Of a stretch of DNA of 42,406 bases, positions 1-8,270 are shown piece after piece; position 1 is the first letter of the stretch; each line of letters opens with the position of its first letter. A program made the translations under genes and the position numbers. The notes under the pieces were generated by a model, which was given only the letters and a program-made list of their open reading frames with translations, searched no databases and was not told where the DNA came from. Source of the DNA: Candidatus Thorarchaeota archaeon (lineage in GTDB: Archaea > Asgardarchaeota > Thorarchaeia > Thorarchaeales > Thorarchaeaceae). The stretch lies in assembly GCA_048884945.1 (NCBI GenBank), contig JBHLQJ010000002.1, positions 1 to 42,406 of the forward strand. Direction: 5' to 3'.

Positions 1-1
1 A

Positions 2-58
2 AGAGCCGCACGTGAAGTCTTCCAAGAAGTTCCTGACACTGCATTAATCCACATGTAA
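2..58 (+). CDS. 3' end of an unidentified upstream ORF (partial at window edge)
   Basis: Frame 2 is open from the window edge (..RAAREVFQEVPDTALIHM) to TAA at 56-58. A T10 run follows directly. Too short to identify. Confidence 0.2.
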   Translation, partial: RAAREVFQEVPDTALIHM

Positions 59-59
59 C

Positions 60-69
60 TTTTTTTTTT
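60..69 (+). terminator. oligo-T tract, candidate archaeal terminator
   Basis: Ten consecutive T immediately after the TAA at 56-58. Archaeal RNA polymerase terminates at oligo-T. Confidence 0.3.
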
Positions 70-141
70 CAAATACATGGTGTCTAGTTGTGCTTTCAAC
101 TTACAAATGCACCATGTAAATTTTCTCATTCTGTGTGGTGG

Positions 142-148
142 TTATATA
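142..148 (+). promoter_or_regulatory. candidate TATA box for the roadblock/GTPase operon
   Basis: TTATATA lies about 53 nt upstream of the TTG start at 201. A purine-rich SD-like GGAGCTGAGGA sits at 189-199. Confidence 0.3.
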
Positions 149-200
149 GTTACGATATGGATTCTACATTGAACCCAACCGTTGGTCCGGAGCTGAGGAC

Positions 201-1148
201 TTGAGCGATGAATTGACTGAAACCCTTCAGAACATTAAGACCATTACCGGCGTTGAGAATGTGGTCCTAATTCAAAAAGATGGGCTTCCTGTGGCAAGCG
301 CAGGAGTATGGTTTAGTAAAGATGAGGTATTTGCTGTAGCGTCCTCTACCTGTGCAATCTTTGGTGTAGCCAAACTCATACATGGTGATTTTAAGTACCT
401 TCTAATGGAATCCGATACATCCAAGGTTTTCCTTGCTTCATTACCAAATGACCCAGACTATTTCTTAACAGTGACAACCGCGCCTCGTGTTAATCTAGCA
501 GCATTATTCATTGAGATGAAAGACAGTCTCTCCAGACTGTCTTTCCTTCTTAGACAGCATGTTGATGGAAGACTTCCTCCACTTCGATCGTACAGCCTTG
601 ATGAAACTCAAAAGGTACTTCGTGGATTCGCTGTAGCCGAAGGTCGCGGTACGAGCTATGGTCTCTCACGATCTATGATTTCACTCGATCGATCCCAAGC
701 ACTTAGTCTTAGAGCTCTCCTACGTCAAGTACATGACTGTATCCCTAACATCGGGTCGGTATTCCTATCCTTAAGTGGCGGAGTCCGAGTTTCATTAGAA
801 GGGTTCACCAATGACCGACTAGCTGCAATGTCTTTCGCACTTCATGACGCATCAGAACGAGTAGTACGGACACTTCGGAATAGCTCACTTCAAACTGTCC
901 TATGCGAAACGGATGAAACACGCCACTTCATCTATGCTGTTCCAAATGGTGTGTTTAGTTTATGGGTGGATAAAGATAGTCAGAAGCTTGGTCTGATGAG
1001 GCTTTTATTGAAACATTATATTGATGAAATAAGACGGGTCTTAGCCGCTGCAGCATCAGTGAAACCTGCAGTACCTGATGATTTGAAAGAGCTGCTTTTG
1101 TCAGGAGGATCTGACAGCGGTTTGATGTTAACGAGGAGAGAACCATGA
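201..1148 (+). CDS. tandem Roadblock/LC7 (MglB-like) domain protein
   Basis: 315 aa with a TTG start. The N-terminal ~115 aa (ITGVENVVLIQKDGLPVASAG...FLTVTTAPRVNLAALFIEM) and residues ~165-290 (IPNIGSVFLSLSGGVRVSLEG...VFSLWVDKDSQKLGLMRLL) both fit the Roadblock/LC7 pattern. Its stop overlaps the next start (ATGA). Confidence 0.7.
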   Translation: MSDELTETLQNIKTITGVENVVLIQKDGLPVASAGVWFSKDEVFAVASSTCAIFGVAKLIHGDFKYLLMESDTSKVFLASLPNDPDYFLTVTTAPRVNLAALFIEMKDSLSRLSFLLRQHVDGRLPPLRSYSLDETQKVLRGFAVAEGRGTSYGLSRSMISLDRSQALSLRALLRQVHDCIPNIGSVFLSLSGGVRVSLEGFTNDRLAAMSFALHDASERVVRTLRNSSLQTVLCETDETRHFIYAVPNGVFSLWVDKDSQKLGLMRLLLKHYIDEIRRVLAAAASVKPAVPDDLKELLLSGGSDSGLMLTRREP

Positions 1149-2065
1149 CATATTCAATCATGAAACTAATTGAGCTGATGGATGATCAATTTCCACTCCT
1201 GTTAAACACATTATTAGAACGTATACCAGTAATTGTAGCAGGTGAGGATATCGAGTTAGTTGATGATATCACAGAAAGTCTGACCACTCTATGTGCCCAT
1301 CGACACAAACTGGTATTTTGGCGTGATTTCACATCTGAATCAGAGATTCTAGCAGTATGGGAAGAAGAAAAACACAATCACGAAGTCAGCAGAACTATTG
1401 TATGCGGTCTATCAGGAAATCTTCGACTCGCCATTGATAGAATGTCACATTATGCAGGCTGGATTCTTGCAGTGCCATTAGGTTTTACAGTACTAGGAGT
1501 GCAGGTAACTGAGAATACACTTCAAGATGTTACTACTCACATTCTTAAAAATTCAGGTAACTGCGGAATTTTAAGAGTTAGTTCGCCTTCATCTATAACC
1601 TTCTCACTTGTCAGACCTACTAATAGTAGTCTTGAAGTTGAGAAGAAAATTGTAAACAAAATTCTGGTTCGAAAGAAACAATCGCTAGAACGGATTAGGC
1701 GTCTTCTTACGAAATCACTCCGTGGTCTTAATGTATCAAACCATATTCTTACAGCAGTTCTCAAACTTGATGATGAGTCTGAGAACCTCACGCAGGATGT
1801 TTTCGAGGAGGAAATTAATAATTATGTTCACGCAGCGCGTAGAGCAGTTACCTTGTTATCGCGTATTCGATTGGCAAGGGAGCTCGGAGCATCTTCTACT
1901 TTAACGGAAAGAAATCTCTATGAAGCAATCGGATGGGATGGAGGAGAACTACCTGATTTGATTCAATTCATTAGAGCTGAGTGGCATGAAGATTTTTCTG
2001 ATTGTGTGAAGAGCGGAGCCTTGTCGGGTCTAGGAGCATGGGTAGACAGTATGTGGGGAACATGA
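1145..2065 (+). CDS. hypothetical protein, middle gene of the roadblock-GTPase operon
   Basis: 306-aa ORF. ATG overlaps the upstream stop, with GAGGAGAG SD at 1133-1140. It has no P-loop or NKxD motif. I recognise no family by eye. Confidence 0.6.
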   Translation: MTYSIMKLIELMDDQFPLLLNTLLERIPVIVAGEDIELVDDITESLTTLCAHRHKLVFWRDFTSESEILAVWEEEKHNHEVSRTIVCGLSGNLRLAIDRMSHYAGWILAVPLGFTVLGVQVTENTLQDVTTHILKNSGNCGILRVSSPSSITFSLVRPTNSSLEVEKKIVNKILVRKKQSLERIRRLLTKSLRGLNVSNHILTAVLKLDDESENLTQDVFEEEINNYVHAARRAVTLLSRIRLARELGASSTLTERNLYEAIGWDGGELPDLIQFIRAEWHEDFSDCVKSGALSGLGAWVDSMWGT

Positions 2066-2079
2066 CTGGAGGTTAATGA

Positions 2080-2661
2080 ATGATAATCGACTATGGGAAT
2101 CGCACAGTGGGACTCAAAATAGTCTTTTTTGGACCTGCAATGAGTGGAAAAACAACTTCGATTCGATGGTTATTTTCAACACTAGACTACGCAGAGAAAT
2201 TGACTTCAATAGAAAACACTGTGGGACGAACGATGTTTTGTGACTTTGGTACTATACCTTTTTCATTGAGTAACAGCTGGACAATAAATGCGCATATATG
2301 GTCTGCTACAGGTCAAGATTTCTACAGATCAACACGAGAGGTAGTATTAGTTGGAGCTGATGGAGTGATTTTTGTTGCAGACTCTCAAAAGCCTCTTCTA
2401 GATGAGAATCTTGCAAGCTGGAACGAGCTAATGTCAATGATTGAGGAGGAAGAACGACCTCTTCCATTAATTGTGTGTCTTAACAAACAAGATCTTCCAA
2501 ACGCAATCCAGGAAGAACAACTCAGAATACATTTGAGAATACCGTCATCTGTACCCATCTTTAGAAGTGTGGCACGGGAAGGTCATAATATCATGGAATC
2601 TTTCCAGTATCTTTTCCAAAACGCTATGCGTGCAAGCATTCTTGCTCAGCCAATATCATGA
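2080..2661 (+). CDS. MglA-like Ras-superfamily small GTPase
   Basis: G1 is GPAMSGKT, G3 is the non-canonical SATGQ (compare MglA TVPGQ), and G4 is NKQD. It also has GVIFVADSQ and a TMFCDF switch-I-like segment. GGAGG SD at 2069-2073. Confidence 0.85.
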   Translation: MIIDYGNRTVGLKIVFFGPAMSGKTTSIRWLFSTLDYAEKLTSIENTVGRTMFCDFGTIPFSLSNSWTINAHIWSATGQDFYRSTREVVLVGADGVIFVADSQKPLLDENLASWNELMSMIEEEERPLPLIVCLNKQDLPNAIQEEQLRIHLRIPSSVPIFRSVAREGHNIMESFQYLFQNAMRASILAQPIS

Positions 2662-2781
2662 GCGCGGAACTCGTTGCATAGGAATTACCGAGCAAACCAT
2701 TTATACGACTAGATATGACTTTAATCGCAGTTCTAGGCTTGGAGAATATATGGTTCCCCAATATTATTTCTGAGGCTGTTG

Positions 2782-4464
2782 ATGTTGGATTCTATACAAC
2801 GAAAACCAAATTTTGTATTCATTACGGGTGGTGTTCTTTCTGGTATTGGAAAAGGAGTCACTACAGCTTCTATTGCAAAACTATTCCAATTTCGTGGGTT
2901 TGACATTCGAATAATTAAGATTGATCCGTATCTCAACATTGACCCTGGCACATTGAATCCTATCGAACATGGTGAGGTTTTTGTAACAGACCAAACTTGG
3001 AAGTTCCAACCAGTTGATAATTTTAAATTTAGAATATCTGAGATTGACTTGGATTTCGGGACTTATGAACGATTCACTGGATTGGAGGTTCATCCATCTC
3101 AGAACATCACGTCAGGACAGGTATACCTCTCAGTCATCCTTGAAGAGAGAAAAGGTAGTTTTCTTGGACACACAGTTCAAATCATCCCTCACATAACGGA
3201 CAGAATTAAACAAAGAATTTGGGAGGTAGTGAAAAAGCAACCAATACCGGATATTCTTCTTGTAGAAATTGGTGGTACTGTGGGCGACATTGAAGCAATG
3301 CCATTTCTTGAGGCTGTTAGACAACTTGTTCATGAGCTAGGTCGTGGTCGTACTGCTGTTGTACATGTCACCTTAGTACCCTATATCAAAACTGTAGGAG
3401 AGTTCAAGACTAAACCAACCCAGCACAGTGTTCGGACTCTTCAAAGTCTAGGTCTCCAGCCTGATGTCACCATTTGCAGAGCTGAGAGAAAACTCCCAGA
3501 TTCTGTGAAGGAAAAAATCGCTTTGTTCTGTAATGTTCCAAAAGAACGTGTCATTTCGAACCCAGATATTCCTGTAGTTTACCAACTTCCACTTTTATTT
3601 GAGGATGAAAATCTTGGAAATATACTTGTTGAATACTTTGGGATGGAATCAAGAAAGCCCGATATAGAATCTTGGTCTAAAATAATCCGTGCCTTTGACG
3701 AAGCATCTGAAACAGTAACAATTGCAATGCCCGGGAAATATACCACACTTGGCGACTCCTACAAGAGTATCAATCAAGCGCTAGCAGATGCTGCAGCTGC
3801 CTGTGGCGCTAAAGTTGAGATAAAATGGATTGAAACGGAGGAGCGGAGTACTGAAGAAGGTTTCACTAGTGATCTATCAGATGTAGATGGGGTGCTTCTA
3901 ACTCCCGGTTTCGGGGAACGTGGTGTTGAAGGTATGATTTGTGCTGCTGCAATCGCCTTGAAATCCAATATTCCTCTCTTGGGCATCTGCTATGGTGCTC
4001 AACTCTCTACGGTTGCATTTGCTAGAGTTGTTATGGGTTGGAAAGGAGCTCATACAACAGAAGTAGACATTGATAGTCTATATCCTGTTGTCGATTTGAT
4101 GGATGAACAGAAGCTTACAGAAGATAAGGGTGGTACAATGCGTCTTGGAAGTCATGATGTTTACATTATAGAAGGCACTATATTACACAAAATCTATGGC
4201 ACAGACAAGGTCCGTGAGCGATTCCGTCATAGGTATCATTTGATTGAACGTTATCTGACCAAGATGCGCGAAAAAGGCCTGAGGATATCAGCTTTTGACT
4301 CCACAAAGAAAATAATCAATGCAATTGAGCTTGCTAATCATCCTTTTTGGATTGGAGTACAATACCATCCAGAGTTCAGGTCTCGACCTGATAATCCTCA
4401 TCCTCTTTACTTGGGTCTAATAAGGGCCGCCATTGAATACAAAAAGCTGAGAGTGAAGAAATAG
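2782..4464 (+). CDS. pyrG: CTP synthase
   Basis: FITGGVLSGIGKG, EIGGTVGDIEAMPF, KTKPTQHSV, GATase LGICYGAQL and RFRHRYHL motifs. ATG at 2782 is preferred over the TTG at 2779. Confidence 0.95.
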   Translation: MLDSIQRKPNFVFITGGVLSGIGKGVTTASIAKLFQFRGFDIRIIKIDPYLNIDPGTLNPIEHGEVFVTDQTWKFQPVDNFKFRISEIDLDFGTYERFTGLEVHPSQNITSGQVYLSVILEERKGSFLGHTVQIIPHITDRIKQRIWEVVKKQPIPDILLVEIGGTVGDIEAMPFLEAVRQLVHELGRGRTAVVHVTLVPYIKTVGEFKTKPTQHSVRTLQSLGLQPDVTICRAERKLPDSVKEKIALFCNVPKERVISNPDIPVVYQLPLLFEDENLGNILVEYFGMESRKPDIESWSKIIRAFDEASETVTIAMPGKYTTLGDSYKSINQALADAAAACGAKVEIKWIETEERSTEEGFTSDLSDVDGVLLTPGFGERGVEGMICAAAIALKSNIPLLGICYGAQLSTVAFARVVMGWKGAHTTEVDIDSLYPVVDLMDEQKLTEDKGGTMRLGSHDVYIIEGTILHKIYGTDKVRERFRHRYHLIERYLTKMREKGLRISAFDSTKKIINAIELANHPFWIGVQYHPEFRSRPDNPHPLYLGLIRAAIEYKKLRVKK

Positions 4465-5627
4465 TGGAAAGAACTCTCGATAAACTACTATCAAGATTGG
4501 TTGAAGAAATTGAGCACATCGAGGTAACAAGAGAAGGATTTGGGGAAGTTCTCAGAAATATCAGAGACCAAATCGATTTGAGTAGATTTCCAAGAATCGC
4601 AATAAATACTATTGATAAACAGCTATATACAAAGATAGAGCCTACTAGTCTATCAGGTCTTCGAATAGCTGGTATAGATGGAGGTTTAGTCCGAAAACGC
4701 TTCAGGTCAATGGATTTAGTTTTAACAAGGGGTGTTGCGGTTGTATTTCAATTTGGTGCAGAAGAAGGTCCCACTGTTGATTTCTATCCTGATGCTTTTC
4801 CTGAACCAAAGATTAGTCCATTACTTCTGACATTATCTGCGATAGAGCTAGAACAGCTCGCCTCACTAGAACGGATTGCAGCAGAACTCAGAGTTGCTTT
4901 GTCAATTCTTGAGGAATACCATACAGATTTGATTCTTCTCGATGGATCGTTGTTTTATCACCCTCGAGACCGTCCCTCAGCTGGATCTATCGTTTATGAG
5001 AAGTTTCAAGAGATTCTATCATTGTATAAACAACTCTATCACAAAGCTCGGAAAAAAGGTACAACTCTAGTAGGTATAGTCAAAGACAGTAAATCAACAC
5101 GGGTCGCATCTATAATGGGGGAGATACTCCCACACATTGTTCGAAAACCAGCCATCTTTGAGATGATGCAAGGTGTTGATTATAGATGGCTACTCAAGAT
5201 ATCTAGAGACTGTGATTTACTTGATACATTCCTTGAACAAGGAGAGCGATCTTTTGTCTTCCGATACTCGTCAGAACTGTTTCATAATACAAACTCAATA
5301 AGCGACATTTCTGCGAACTGGGCATCTTCAATCTGGGTCACATATCTGAAAACAGCAAGAGATGATTTGCCAATAAGAGTAGAGTTCCTTTCAGCTGGAG
5401 ATGATGAAACAATCACTGAGAGATTAGACAAAGCATTGTCAGCAATACTTCCACTTTCATCACAGCATCCTGAATATGGTATTCCTACTCCAATTCTGGA
5501 AGCTGACACTCGTGCAAAAATTACTGCAAATGAAACTCGTTTAATTATTGACCGGCTAATGGCACTTTCTGGGCTTACTTACATGACCCTTGAAAAAAGA
5601 CGTTCAAGAAACCCGTTTGGAGGTTAA
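4464..5627 (+). CDS. nurA: NurA 5'-3' nuclease
   Basis: IAGIDGG and LILLDGSL NurA-type motifs, 387 aa. The GTG start overlaps the pyrG stop. It lies immediately upstream of herA. Confidence 0.75.
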   Translation: MERTLDKLLSRLVEEIEHIEVTREGFGEVLRNIRDQIDLSRFPRIAINTIDKQLYTKIEPTSLSGLRIAGIDGGLVRKRFRSMDLVLTRGVAVVFQFGAEEGPTVDFYPDAFPEPKISPLLLTLSAIELEQLASLERIAAELRVALSILEEYHTDLILLDGSLFYHPRDRPSAGSIVYEKFQEILSLYKQLYHKARKKGTTLVGIVKDSKSTRVASIMGEILPHIVRKPAIFEMMQGVDYRWLLKISRDCDLLDTFLEQGERSFVFRYSSELFHNTNSISDISANWASSIWVTYLKTARDDLPIRVEFLSAGDDETITERLDKALSAILPLSSQHPEYGIPTPILEADTRAKITANETRLIIDRLMALSGLTYMTLEKRRSRNPFGG

Positions 5628-5630
5628 CAA

Positions 5631-7145
5631 ATGACTGAATTCTCACCAACTTCGCGACTAGGAACTGTGGTATCAACCGACTCTGGTCCCAATGTTATGG
5701 AGTTCTCCTTTGTCCTTGAAGGTGGCTCTCGTGAGATCATTGCCCGACGTGGCGAGTTTGTATCAGTTGTCACTGATGAAGGAACTGTGATTGCAAGAGT
5801 CCAAAATCTTGTTCGTACAAACCGATATTATCAACATGCTGAAGCAGTTCGCGAATACCAGTCAAGAGGTGAACCACTAAGATCGATATTTCCAACAGAC
5901 CGCTGGCAATATACAGTTGCAACGGTTCGTGTATTAGGTCTATGGAGTAATGGTCACACAATTAGACCATATTTTGCAGTGTCTCCTGGAGCTGTTGTTA
6001 GACGTGTCGATGAGGATGTTCTTGCCTCATTTCTGAAGCTTGATTTGGAAAAAGGTCTTTATCTTGGCCAATTATCATATCAGAACCTTGCGTTTTCGCC
6101 GTCCATAGACCGGCTACTATCTAAACATCTAGCAATTCTTGCAATGAGTGGTGCAGGTAAATCTTACTTTGTATCTGTTCTTATAGAAGAGTTACTATCT
6201 CGTCCAAAAGAAAGGGGTCGTCTATCTGTTGTTGTCATTGACGTACACGGAGAGTACACCTATCTGAAAGACATCACTCCAGAAGTTCTCGGGCTTTCCA
6301 AGGGTCAGTTCGAAGTTGAGCATATAAGAGGATCATACTTTCAAATTCCTGTTCAGATGCTTTCTGCTGAAGCGATTGGAGCTCTTGTTTCCGACATGAG
6401 CTCGATTCAGATTCGAGACCTACGTCGAGTTGTATCTGAGATAAAAGACACAATGAAAGAAGGATATACCTTACCAGATATTGTTGAGTATGTACAACAC
6501 GATGAAAAAATAAGTAAAAACACACGTGAAGCTCTTATCGGCTGGCTGATTAATCTAGATGAAACGGGTCTCTTTGGAAAAGAAGCTGTCCCAAATATCA
6601 AAAATATTGTGAAACCCGGCAGAATTACACTAGTCGACCTCAGCGATTTCATCAGTCTCAAGAAGAAGCAAATAATCGTTTCTTATTTGGCCAACGAACT
6701 ACTTCATTTACGGAGACGCGAAGCAATTCCGCCTTTCCTGCTGGTTCTTGAAGAAGCTCATCAGTTTTGTCCCGAAAGTAGACATGAGCTTGCACTCCCC
6801 AAAAGTCGCATAGAAACTATTGCACGAGAAGGGCGGAAGTTCTATGCACTTCTTTGCCTAATATCACAGAGACCTGTGAAACTCTCAACTACTGTTCTAA
6901 GTCAGTGTAGCAATCAAGCAATTTTTAGATGCACGAATCCTTATGATTTAGAACACATTGGAAAATCAAGTGAAGGAATTGATCGATCATCACTTGATGC
7001 GATTACGACTTTAGAAATTGGAGAGTCGCTCTTTGTTGGTGAAACCGTGTCAGTTCCCACATTTGTTAAGATACGACAAAGAAAATACGAGCCAGCTGGC
7101 ATATTCAAGAGTCTTTCTGAGGCTGTGAAGAAATCTGATAAATGA
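5631..7145 (+). CDS. herA: HerA hexameric DNA helicase/translocase
   Basis: Walker A is AMSGAGKS and Walker B is LLVLEEAHQF. It has an N-terminal barrel-like region. GGAGG SD at 5617-5621. Confidence 0.85.
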   Translation: MTEFSPTSRLGTVVSTDSGPNVMEFSFVLEGGSREIIARRGEFVSVVTDEGTVIARVQNLVRTNRYYQHAEAVREYQSRGEPLRSIFPTDRWQYTVATVRVLGLWSNGHTIRPYFAVSPGAVVRRVDEDVLASFLKLDLEKGLYLGQLSYQNLAFSPSIDRLLSKHLAILAMSGAGKSYFVSVLIEELLSRPKERGRLSVVVIDVHGEYTYLKDITPEVLGLSKGQFEVEHIRGSYFQIPVQMLSAEAIGALVSDMSSIQIRDLRRVVSEIKDTMKEGYTLPDIVEYVQHDEKISKNTREALIGWLINLDETGLFGKEAVPNIKNIVKPGRITLVDLSDFISLKKKQIIVSYLANELLHLRRREAIPPFLLVLEEAHQFCPESRHELALPKSRIETIAREGRKFYALLCLISQRPVKLSTTVLSQCSNQAIFRCTNPYDLEHIGKSSEGIDRSSLDAITTLEIGESLFVGETVSVPTFVKIRQRKYEPAGIFKSLSEAVKKSDK

Positions 7146-7228
7146 TGTATCTCCTAACAACCCTGATAAGATGAAAGAATGGTGTTCCACTTGGATCTGA
7201 TAAGAAATGAATTGGGGAATCTGTAAAG

Positions 7229-7783
7229 ATGTCAGATGAAAATCTAAACGAGATTAAACAACTTATCGATTCAATGCAATCAAATCTTGTTGAGCTTTTT
7301 GATCAGCTCCGTGAGCTGCGTAATCATTTGAATCTCGTTACCAATAAAGTTTCAGAAACCTCCCCTTCAATTCTACCTCTCTTCTCAGAAATCAAAACAC
7401 CAAATTCAGAGGCTGACTCAACTCCTAACTCAGAAGATGAGGAAACTTCTATTCTTGTTCCGGAAGAGGATGTACCCACAGATATCATGATAGATGATGA
7501 CTCGGAAGCTGGAAACAACGCCAAGGTAAATCGAGTTCTCGATCCAATCTCCCATGAACTACGCACTGGAGAGGCCCCTGCAGAGATAATTTATGAATAC
7601 CTCCAAGCTGCAAGAGAATATCTAATTGATGACGATAAAGAACCTCAAAAAGGGAAAGTTGCGAGAGACATGGATATAGTTCTTAATTTCTTGAAAGCTC
7701 GCGGAAAAAGAACAATTCGTCCTGATGAACGTGATAATATTCTAAAAAGAATTCGTCGTTGGAAAGCTCATCTAGCTGTCTGA
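7229..7783 (+). CDS. hypothetical protein with acidic centre
   Basis: 184 aa. N-terminal heptad-like helix, a D/E/S-rich centre (SEADSTPNSEDEETSILVPEEDVPTDIMIDDDSE) and a basic C-terminal helical region. No recognisable family. Confidence 0.5.
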   Translation: MSDENLNEIKQLIDSMQSNLVELFDQLRELRNHLNLVTNKVSETSPSILPLFSEIKTPNSEADSTPNSEDEETSILVPEEDVPTDIMIDDDSEAGNNAKVNRVLDPISHELRTGEAPAEIIYEYLQAAREYLIDDDKEPQKGKVARDMDIVLNFLKARGKRTIRPDERDNILKRIRRWKAHLAV

Positions 7784-7834
7784 TTTAGCTCTCCAACGGA
7801 CTTTCCACATGATTGTTGCGATTGATTGAAAAAT

Positions 7835-8077
7835 CTACTCTAAGTCTATGATGATGCGTTTGACCTTGGTCCATGAAATCTTCTTGAGACCGTGCTGGCC
7901 TGGTTCATACCTACACTCCAGTAAATCGGCATCTTTCAAGATTTTAATTTGGGCGCTGGCATTGGCTTCGGTTCCGCCGAGGTGTCTAGCCACTCGTGTC
8001 ACGTCTTTTTCTCCCTGAAGCAAAATCTTCAGTACCTTTAGCCGAGTTCCTGATGAAAGAGCTCGTCCTATTCGCAA
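7835..8077 (-). CDS. ArsR-family winged-helix transcription regulator
   Basis: ALSSGTRLKVLKILLQGEKDVTRVARHLGGTEANASAQIKILKDADLL fits the ArsR HTH pattern. The start is uncertain: TTG at 8077, and the frame stays open upstream to about 8119 without an ATG or GTG. Confidence 0.65.
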   Translation of the reverse strand: MRIGRALSSGTRLKVLKILLQGEKDVTRVARHLGGTEANASAQIKILKDADLLECRYEPGQHGLKKISWTKVKRIIIDLE

Positions 8078-8270
8078 AATAGCATCGTCGTTGTTGATTT
8101 CAAGTGTTTCGGACAGTTGTTACACCTCGAATAAGTATTATAACATTGCTCAAGTATTGCTTTATTATAGTTGTTGTTTGAGGATGACCAAAACTGTCAA
8201 CTGTACAAGTTTGAACCAACAAATAGGTTCAATACCTTTTCCTATCTCATAAGAATGAGTGCTGAGCCCA

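Noticed and set aside
7141-7215. C/D-box sRNA-like pattern (ATGATGT ... CTGA ... AGATGA ... CTGA) and direct repeat CTGATAAGA(A)TGAA x2 after herA
   Set aside because: The box spacings are 14 nt and 22 nt instead of about 12 nt each. The C and C' boxes are imperfect, and there is no terminal stem. I keep it only as a possible short regulatory repeat upstream of 7229.
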